Part shown: piece by piece, positions 35,516 to 44,780 of the stretch
Position numbering within the stretch: the stretch's first letter is position 1
How the letters are laid out: each line of letters begins with the position of its first letter
Source: Hemiscyllium ocellatum
Lineage: Eukaryota
Direction: 5' to 3'
Assembly: GCF_020745735.1 (NCBI RefSeq)
Contig: NC_083435.1
Coordinates: forward strand, 3,325,905 to 3,389,904
Length of the DNA: 64,000 nt
Position numbers and translations under genes: made by a program
The notes under the pieces: model-generated
Seen by the model: only the letters and a program-made list of their open reading frames with translations
What the model was told of the DNA's origin: nothing
Database searches by the model: none

Positions 35516-35790
35516 TTCGGTTGATTTTGCGGTATCGATGCCGGCCTCCCCTCGGTAGCGGATTTCAGCTGCGGGCCCTCGCCGGAGGAAGAGGAGGCAC
35601 CGGCCCCGCGCATGCGCCCAACTGGCCAGCGGCCGGCAAGAAGGGAAAGACCGCGCACGCTCGGGCCCGGCACCCGCGCTTGCGCCCAAAAGGCCAGGCG
35701 CGGCAAAGGGAAGAGGAGCCATTGCACATGCGTCCGCCCGGGTCCGGCACCTGCGCTTGCGCCCAACAGACCTGCCGTCCCCAGAGCATG
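35350..35790 (-). promoter_or_regulatory. CpG island promoter of the RPL5-like gene with 5'TOP/TCT pyrimidine tracts and NRF1-like sites
   Basis: Minus-strand CCTCCTCTTCCTCC (35597-35584), CTTTCCCTTCTT (about 35649-35638) and CTCCTCTTCCCTTT (35718-35705); GCGCATGCGC at 35608-35617; CpG dense. Confidence 0.75.
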
Positions 35791-35944
35791 AGGGAGGAAT
35801 TTCCCTAGTATTACATGGATTGCATTCCCAGTTGTGTATATTTTGAGCAAAGTAGAAAGTATCTGTAAATATAATTATACAAATTCAATCCATAGACTTC
35901 CATGTCCACTTTGGAAATAGAACCAGTCTGAGTCAGGATTGGGA

Positions 35945-37160
35945 CAAGGACCTCTCTATCTCCATTAATGACGACCGACTCAACACCAACATCTTTTACA
36001 AACCCACCGACTCCCACAGCTACCTGGATTACACCTCTTCCCACCCTACTCCTGCAGAAATGCCAACCCGCATTCCCAATTCCTCCGCCTCCGCCGTATC
36101 TGCTCCCAGGAGGACCAGTTCCACCACAGAACGCACCAGATGGCCTCCTTCTTTAGAGACCGCAATTTCCCTTCCCACGTGGTTAAAGATGCCCTCCAAC
36201 GCATCTCCTCCACATCCCGCACCTCCGCCCTCAGACCCCACCCCTCCAACCGTAACAAGGACAGAACGCCCCTGGTGCTCACCTTCCACCCAACCAACCT
36301 TCGCATAAACCACATCATCCGCCGACATTTCCGCCACCTCCAAACGGACCCCACCATCAGGGATATATTTCCCTCCCCACCCCTTTCCGCCTTCCGCAAA
36401 GACCGTTCCCTCCGTGACTACTTGGTCAGGTCCACGCCCCCCTACAACCCACCCTCCCATCCTGGCACCTTCCCCTGCCACCGCAGGAACTGTAAAACCT
36501 GTGCCCACACCTCCTCCCTCACCTCCATCCAAGCCCTAAAGGAGCCTTCCACATCCATCAAAGTTTTACCTGCACATCCACCAATATCATTTATTGTATC
36601 TGTTGCTCCCAATGTAGTCTTCTCGACATTGGGGAGACTGGACGCCTCCTAGCAGAGCGCTTTAGGGAACATCTCCGGGACACCCGCACCAATCAACCAC
36701 ACCGCCCTGTGGCCCAACATTTCAACTCCCCCTCCCACTCTGCCGAGGACATGCAGGTCCTGGGCCTCCTTCACCGCCGCTCCCTCACCACCAGACGCCT
36801 GGAGGAAGAACGCCTCATCTTCCACCTCGGAACACTTCAACCCCAGGGCATCAATGTGGACTTCACCAGTTTCCTCATTTCCACTTCCCCCACCTTACCA
36901 CAGCTCCAGACTTCCAGCTCAGCACTGTCCCCATGACCTGCCTATCTTCCTTTCCACCTATCCACTCCACCCTCTCCTCCCTGACCTATCACCTTCATCC
37001 TCTCCCCCACTCACCTCTTGTACTCTATGCTACTTTCTCCCTACTCCCAGCTTATCTCTCCACCCTTCAGGCCCTCTGCCTTTCTTCCTGATGAAGGGCT
37101 TTATTCCTGATGAAACGTCGGTTTTCCTGCTCCTCGGATGCTGCGCTTTTTCCAGCACCA
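35945..37160 (+). mobile_element. Penelope-like element 3' fragment (second family; RT thumb + GIY-YIG remnant)
   Basis: [10 protein letters not shown]...[19 protein letters not shown]...[20 protein letters not shown]...EERLIFHLGTLQPQGIN; degenerate CTGATGA...GAAACGTC at 37088-37118. Confidence 0.85.
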
Positions 37161-38599
37161 CTGATCCAGAATCACACCTTTAAGGCATTGTCTGGTCTGA
37201 GATGTCACCTTCTTTTTAACAAAACCCCAACTTATAGAGTCACAGAGATGTCCAGCATGGAAGCAGACCCTTCGGTCCAACCCGTCCATGCTGTCCCAGA
37301 TATCCCAACCCAATTTGCCAGCACTTGGAAATGAACAAGATGGAAACCGAAGATGTTGAGTGACCGAATTGTCGATGTTTTTACTGTAATTTCTCGGAAA
37401 TCCAAAGCACAAGTTGCAAGCTAAAGAAGGCCTTACCACGTTTTGCAAACTTGTTTCATAGAACATAGAACAATCCAGCGCAGAACAGGCCCTTCGGCCC
37501 TCGATGTTACACTGGCCTGTGAACTATTCTCAGCTCGTCCCCCTACACTATCCCATCATCATCCACGTGCTTATCCAAGGATTGTTTAAATCTCCCTTAT
37601 GTGGCTGAGTTGACTACATTAGCAGGTGTGGCATTCCACATCCTTACCACTCTCTGTGTAAAGAACCTGCCTCTGACATCTGTCTTAAATCTATCATCCC
37701 CCAATTTGTAGTTATGCCCCCTTGTATACACTGACATCATCATCCCAGGAAAAAGTCTTTCTCTGTCTACCCTATCTAATCCTCTGATCATCTTGTATAT
37801 CTCTATCAAATCCCCCCTTAGCCTCTTCTTTCCAATGAGAACAGACCCAAGTCTCTCAGCCTTTCCTCATTAGACCTTCCCTCCAGACCAGGCAGCATCC
37901 TGGTAAATCTTCTCTGCACCATTTCCAATACTTCCACATCCTTCCCAAAATATTCCAACCAGAACTGTACACAATATTCCAAGTGTGGCTGCACTAGTGT
38001 TTTGTGTAGTTGCAACATGATATTGCAGCTCTGGAACTCAATCCCTCTACCAATGAAACCTAACACACCGTATGCCTCATAACAGCACTATCCACCTGGG
38101 TGGCAACTTTCAGGGATCTATGCACATGGACTCCAAGATCCCTCTGCACATCCACACTACCAAAAATCTTTCCATTGACCCAGTATTCTGCCTTCCTGTT
38201 ATTCTTCCCAAAGTACATCACCTCACATTTAGCTCCATTTGCCACCTCTCAGTCCAATTCTGCAGTTTATCTAAGTCCCCCTGCAACCTGTAACATTCTT
38301 CCACACTGTCCGCTATTCCACCGACTTTAGTGTCGTCTGCAAATTTACTAACCCATTCACCGATGTCTGCATCTAAGTCATTTATAAAAATGACAAACAG
38401 CAGTGGTCCCAAAACAGATCCTTGTGGCACACCACTAGTAACTGAACGCCAGGCTAAATATTTTCCATCAACCACCACTCGCTGCCTTCTTCCAGAAAGC
38501 CAGTTTCTAATCCAAACTGCTAAATCACTCTCAATCCCATGCCTCTGCATTTCCTCCAACAGCCTACCATGTGGAAACTTATCAAAAGCTTTACTGAAG

Positions 38600-40371
38600 G
38601 GTGTAGTGTGTAGGTTTGCTCGCTGAGCTGTAGGTTTGATATCCAGACGTTTCATTACCTGGCTCGGTAACATCATCAGTGGTGACCTCCAAGTGAAGTG
38701 AAGCTGTTGTCTCCTTCTTTCTATTTATATCTTTCTCCTGGATGGGGTTCCTGGGGTTTGTGGTGATGTCATTTCCTGTTCGTTTTCTGAGGGGTTGATA
38801 GATGTTATCTAGATCTATGTGTTTGTTTATGGCGTTGTGATTGGAGTGCCAGGCCTCTAGGAATTCTCTGGCATGTCTTTGCTTAGCCTGTACCAGGATA
38901 GATGTGTTGTCCCAGTCAAAATGGTGATTTTTTTCATTTGTGTGTAGGGCTACGAGGGAGAGAGGGTCGTGTCTTTTTGTGTCTCGCTGGTGTTCGTGTA
39001 TCTTGGTGGCTAACTTTCTTCCTGTTTGTCCTATGTAATGTTTGTGGCAGTCCTTGCATGGAATTTTGTAGACGACATTGGTTTTGTCCATGGGTTGTAC
39101 TGGGTCTTTTAAGTTTGTTAGTTTTTGTTTGAGAGTGTTGGTGGGTTTGTGTGCGATTAGGATTCTGAGGGGTCTTAATAATCTGGCTGTCATTTCTGAA
39201 AATTCTTTGATGTATGGTAAGGTGGTTAGGGTTTCTGGCTGTGTTTGGTCTGCTTGTCATGGTTTGTTCCTGAGGAATCTGCGGACTGTATTTTTTTTGA
39301 GTATCCGTTCTTCTTGAATACGTTGTATAGGTGGTTCTCTATTTTCTGAAGTTCGTCTGTGCTGCAGTGTGAGGTGGCTCGTTGGAATAGTGTTCTGATA
39401 CAGCTTTGTTTGTGTGTGTTGGGATGATTGCTGTGTAGTTAAGTATTTGGTCAGTGGTTGTCGGTTTTCTGTATACACAGGTTTGTAGTTCTCCGTTGTC
39501 CTTTCTTTCGACTGTGACGTCCAGGAATGTGAGTTTGTTGTTGGTTTCTTCCTCCTTGGTGAACTTTATGCCTGTGAAGGTGTTGTTGATGATGTTAAAT
39601 GTCTCTTCTGTCTTGTTTCGTTTTATGATGACAAAGGTGTCCTCTACGTAGCGGACCCAGAATTTTGTTTTGATGGTTGGTAGGACTGTTTGTTCTAGTC
39701 TTTGCATTACCGCTTCTGCTATGAATCCTGATAGCGGAGATCCCATGGGTGTGTCGATGGTTTGTTTGTAGACTATGTTGTTGAAAGTGAAGTGGGTGGT
39801 GAGGCACAGGTCCACTAGCTTCATGATGTCTCCGTTGGTAATGTGATTGATGGTGGGTGGGGTGTGTGTGATGGTCTCTTCTAAAAGTGTGGTAAATGTT
39901 TCCTTTGCCAGATCGATGTTGATGGGGGTGAACAGTGCTGTTACGTCGAATGAGATCATTGCTTCATCTTCCTCTATTTTGGTGTTTTTGATGATTTTTA
40001 GGAATTCCTGGGTGGAGTGGATGGAGTGCTGTGACTCTTCTACTGCGTATTTCACTCTTGTGTGTAGTTCTTTGGCCAGTCTGTAAGTTGGTGTTCCAGG
40101 TAGTGAGACTATGGGCCTGAGGGGGGCTCCTGGTTTATGGATTTTGCTAGTCCATAGAGTCGTGGGATATTGGTCCCGTCGGGTTTCATTTTCTGGAATT
40201 CTGTCTTGTTTAATTGTCCGGAATTGTGTAATTTTCTTCGGAGATGTGGAATTGTGTTTCCTAGTTGTGGGTTTGGGTCTAGCACCACCTGTTGGTGCTA
40301 GACCCAAATGGGGTAGTTTTTATGGGCGGTTTACATTGGAGACATTTTGGCAGTACCTGTTTTCTCAAACA
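38600..40371 (-). mobile_element. Penelope-like retroelement (RT + GIY-YIG endonuclease), 5'-truncated and frameshifted, with a 3' hammerhead motif
   Basis: KIHKPGAPLRPIVS, SFDVTALFT, TPMGSPLSG, WVRYVEDTF, FLDV, VYRKPT; VVYKIPCKDCHKHYIGQTGRKL...EH; flanking duplication tttactgaag at 38590-38599 and 40372-40381. Confidence 0.9.
38643..38682 (-). ncRNA. Minimal type I hammerhead ribozyme motif at the 3' end of the Penelope element
   Basis: Minus strand CCA-CTGATGA-T-GTTACC-gagcca-GGTAAT-GAAACGTC-TGG; stem I CCA/TGG and a 6-bp stem II. Confidence 0.75.
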
Positions 40372-42202
40372 TTTACTGAAGTCCATGTAGACCACGTCAA
40401 CTGCCCTACCCTCATCTACATGCTTGGTCACCTTCTCAAAAACCTCAATGAGGTTTGTGAGACACAACCTGCCTTGACGAAACCATGTTGACTATCTGAA
40501 ATCAAACTGTTGCTTGCTAGATGATTATAAATCTTATCTCTTATAATCCTTTCCAAAACCTTTCCTACAAGGCTCACTGGTCTATAATTATCTGAGCCAT
40601 CTCTGTTGTCCTTCTTTGACAATGGCACAACATTTGCAATCCTCCAGTCCTCTGGTACTAAACCCGTAGACAATGACGACTCAAATATCAAAGCCAAAGG
40701 CTCTGCTATCTCCTCCCTAGCTTCCCAGAGAATCCTCGGATAAATCCCATCTGGCCCAGGGGACTTGTCTACTTTCACTCCTTCTAGAATTGATAACACC
40801 TGTTCGTAACCTCCATCCTTTCTAGTCTAATATCCCGTGCCTCATTTTTCTCCTCTACAATATTCTCCTTTTCCTGAGTGAAAACTGATGAGAAATGTTC
40901 GTTTAGCACCTCTCCGATCTCCACAGGGTCCACACTCAACTTCCCACTTCTGTCTTTGACTGGTCCTATTCCTACCCTCGTCATCCTTTTATTCCTCAGA
41001 TACCTACAGAAAGCTTTAGGGTTCTCCTTTATTCTATTTACTAAAGACTGCTCGTGTCCTCTCTTTGCTCTTCTTAACTGTCTCTTTGAATCCTTTCGAG
41101 CTGATCTGTAACTCTCCATCGTCTCATCTGAACCATTTAGCCTCATCAACACATAAGCCTCCTTCTTCTGCTTAACAAGAGATGCAATTTCTGTCGTAAA
41201 CCATGGCTTCCTTACTTTATCACTTCCTCCCTGCCTGACAGGGACATACCTATCAAAGACACACAATATCTGTTCCTTAAACCAGCCCCACATTTCCATT
41301 GTCTGCATCCCCTCCATTTTCCTATCCCATTCTATGCATCCTAATTCTTGCCTAATCACATTATAATTGCCCTTGCCCCATCGATAACCCTTGACCTGTG
41401 GCATGTACCTATCCCTTTCCATCGCTAAACTAAACGTACCTGAATTATGGTCACTCTCTCCAAAGTGCTCACCTACAACTAAATCAAACACCTGGCCCGG
41501 TTCATTACCAAGCACCAGATCCAGTGTGGCCTCCCCTCTTGTCTGCCTTTCGATATACTGTGTCAGAAAACCCTCCTGCACACACTGGACAAAAACTGAT
41601 CCATCCGACATACTGGGGTTATAACATTTCCAATCAATGTTGGGAAAGTTAAAGTCCCCCATAATGACCAGTCTATTCCTTTTACTCCTACCCAGAATCA
41701 TTTTGTTAATCCTCTCTTTCACATCCCTGGAACTCTGCGGAGGCCTATAAAAAGCTCCCAGCAGTGTGACCTCTCCTCTCCTGTTTCTCACCTCAGCCCA
41801 CATTACCTCAGTAGACGAGTCCTCGTCAAAAATTCTTTCAGACACCATTATACGATCCTTGACTAACAAGGCCACACTTCCCCCTCTTTTACCACCTTCC
41901 GTGTTCTTAATGTAAGATCTAAAACCTGGTACCTGCAACATCCATTCCTGACCCTGCTCTATCCATGTCTCTGAAATGGCCACAACATCGTAGTCCCAGG
42001 TACCTATCCATTCTGCAAGCTCACATTCCTTATTGCGGATACTCTGGTGTTGAAGTAGATACACTTCAAACCAGTTTGCTGTCTGTCAGTACATTCCTTT
42101 GACCCTGAAATCCTGTCCCTGTCCTTCCTACTCTCATCCTCCTGTGCACTGCAACTACACTTCTGGTTCCCATCCCCCTGCTGAGCTAGTTTAAACCCAC
42201 CC

Positions 42203-42720
42203 GATGACACCAAAATTGGAGGTGTAGTGGACAGCGAAGAGGGTTACCTCAGATTACAACAGGATCTGGACCAGATGGGCCAATGGGCTGAGAAGTGGCA
42301 GATGGAGTTTAGTTCAGATAAATGTGAGGTACTGCATTTTGGGAAAGCAAATCTTAGCAGGACTTATACACTTAATGGTAAGGTCCTAGGGAGTGTTGCT
42401 GAACAAAGAGACCTTGGAGTGCAGGTTCATAGCTCCTTGAAAGTGGAGTCACAGGTAGATAGGATAGTGAAGGCGGCATTTGGTATACTTTCCTTTATTG
42501 GTCAGAGTATTGAGTACAGGAGTTGGGCGATCACATTGCGGCTGTACAAGACATTGATTAGGCTACTGTTGGAATATTGTGTGCAATTCTGGTTTCCTTC
42601 CGATCGGAAAGATGCTGTGAAACATGAAAGGGTACAGAAAAGGTTTACAAGGATGTTGTCAGGGTCGGAGGATTTGAGCTACAGGGAGAGGCTGAACAGG
42701 CTGGGGCTGTTTTCTCCTGG
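42203..42720 (+). mobile_element. CR1/HER1-like LINE RT C-terminal fragment
   Basis: DDTKIGG...LQQDLD...WQMEF...KCEVLHFG...RDLGV...LEYCVQFW...VQKRFTRM. Confidence 0.85.
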
Positions 42721-43195
42721 AGAGCCGAGCATTCTGTCTGGATGTATCACTACCCGGTACGGCAACCGTACCATTCAAGATCGGAGACGGTTACAGAGAG
42801 TGGTGAACTCAGCCCAGACAATCACGAAGGGCAACCTCCCATCTACAGAATCCATCTACCAGGCCCCCGGTCAAGGAAAGGCCGCCAGCATTCTGAAAGA
42901 TCCAGCCCACCCTGGCAATGTTTTTCCACAACCTCTACCGTCGGGGAGAAGGTACAGAAGCCTGAACATACACACCAGCCGGTTTCACAACAGTTTCTAC
43001 CCTACTGTTGTTACAATACTGAATGGACTCAAACTCTTAACATTTACCTGGACCCGTGTTTTTGTTCTTGCCGCTGTTTACCTATTATTTACTATCTACA
43101 CTCCTTAACTCTGTGACCTGCCTGTGTTGTTCGCAAGACAAAGCTTTTCCACGGTGGGTGCCTGGGTACACGGGACAATAAATTCAATTCCCAGA
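42721..43195 (+). mobile_element. Rex1/Babar-like LINE 3' end
   Basis: SILSGCIT..YG...LQRVVNSAQ.I...ILKDPAHPG...LPSGRRYRSL...RFHNSFYP, followed by AATAAA and a ttcaa tail. Confidence 0.65.
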
Positions 43196-43215
43196 ACTTC
43201 TTTCACGTGACACTC

Positions 43216-43944
43216 NNNNNNNNNNNNNNNNNNNNNNNNNNNNNNNNNNNNNNNNNNNNNNNNNNNNNNNNNNNNNNNNNNNNNNNNNNNNNNNNNNNNN
43301 NNNNNNNNNNNNNNNNNNNNNNNNNNNNNNNNNNNNNNNNNNNNNNNNNNNNNNNNNNNNNNNNNNNNNNNNNNNNNNNNNNNNNNNNNNNNNNNNNNNN
43401 NNNNNNNNNNNNNNNNNNNNNNNNNNNNNNNNNNNNNNNNNNNNNNNNNNNNNNNNNNNNNNNNNNNNNNNNNNNNNNNNNNNNNNNNNNNNNNNNNNNN
43501 NNNNNNNNNNNNNNNNNNNNNNNNNNNNNNNNNNNNNNNNNNNNNNNNNNNNNNNNNNNNNNNNNNNNNNNNNNNNNNNNNNNNNNNNNNNNNNNNNNNN
43601 NNNNNNNNNNNNNNNNNNNNNNNNNNNNNNNNNNNNNNNNNNNNNNNNNNNNNNNNNNNNNNNNNNNNNNNNNNNNNNNNNNNNNNNNNNNNNNNNNNNN
43701 NNNNNNNNNNNNNNNNNNNNNNNNNNNNNNNNNNNNNNNNNNNNNNNNNNNNNNNNNNNNNNNNNNNNNNNNNNNNNNNNNNNNNNNNNNNNNNNNNNNN
43801 NNNNNNNNNNNNNNNNNNNNNNNNNNNNNNNNNNNNNNNNNNNNNNNNNNNNNNNNNNNNNNNNNNNNNNNNNNNNNNNNNNNNNNNNNNNNNNNNNNNN
43901 NNNNNNNNNNNNNNNNNNNNNNNNNNNNNNNNNNNNNNNNNNNN
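43216..43944. other. Assembly gap
   Basis: Run of N. Confidence 1.
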
Positions 43945-43974
43945 TGAGGTGAGAGTCAGACTGGTTCTCATCCC

Positions 43975-44780
43975 ACAGGGTCACGTGGACTGACTGCCTG
44001 CATTTGAACAACCCGCCACAGCGGGGAACCAATGGGATACGGGGACCTGAGGGGCGGGGCCGGGCTGCAGACCAATGGGATGCGGTAGCGTTCCTGGGGG
44101 CGGGTTTAGCTGTGTACCAATGGGATATGGGAAAGTGAGGGGCGGGGCCGGGCTGCAGACCAATGGGGTGCGGTCGCGTGCGGGGCGGGCGGGGTTTAGC
44201 GGTGTACCAATAGTCTACGGGAGGTGAGGGTCGGGGAGGGGGGAAGAGGAGCTGTGCACCAATGGGGTGCGGGAGCGTGAGGAAAGGGGGCGGGATGCAG
44301 CTGGGTACCAATGGGATATGTGAAAGCGAGGGGCGGGGCCGGGCAGGAGACCAATGGGATGAGGCAGCTTTGGGAAAGGGGGCGGGACGTCAGATGGGTC
44401 CCAATGGGGTGCGTGGGCTGGGCGAGTGGGGAGTGAGGGCGGCGCTGACCAATGGTAGGCGGGGAGGGGCGGGGTCGGCCACGGACCAATGGGACGGCGG
44501 TGTCTGGGGTGGGCGGGCGCGCCCGTCGCCCCGGCCAATGGGGCGGGGCGGTACTGCGGGGTTAGTGCGCGTGTGAGGTGTGGGCCAATGGGAGGCGGCG
44601 TTGTGGCGGGCGGACGGTTGTCCCGCGGCTGAGGGAGGGTATTTTTTTGTTCGGCGATGGCGGCCTCGGGCGGGACGCGGCGGCGGCGGCGCTGCTGCAG
44701 GAGCGGCTGAGAGGGCGGGCCCACCTACCCCCCCGCGGCCTACCCCCGTGTCCCTGACCCACACCCACTGCCTCCTCATG
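43975..44780 (+). promoter_or_regulatory. DAXX CpG-island promoter with a CCAAT (NF-Y)/GC-box (Sp1) array
   Basis: 13 same-orientation CCAAT boxes from 44029 to 44589 interleaved with GGGGCGGGG; E-box CACGTG at 43982. Confidence 0.8.

Larger units (their letters stand above)
37460..42200 (-). mobile_element. CR1-clade LINE ORF2 (APE endonuclease + RT, frameshifted), interrupted by a Penelope-like insertion at 38600-40371
   Basis: YDVVAISETW, IMGDFNFP, TLDLVL, GESDHN (APE); KSPGPDGIYP, NYRPVSL, QHGF, DVVYMDFSKAFDK, SGVPQGSVLGPLLF, FADDTK (RT); LEYCVQFW C-terminus. Confidence 0.9.
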
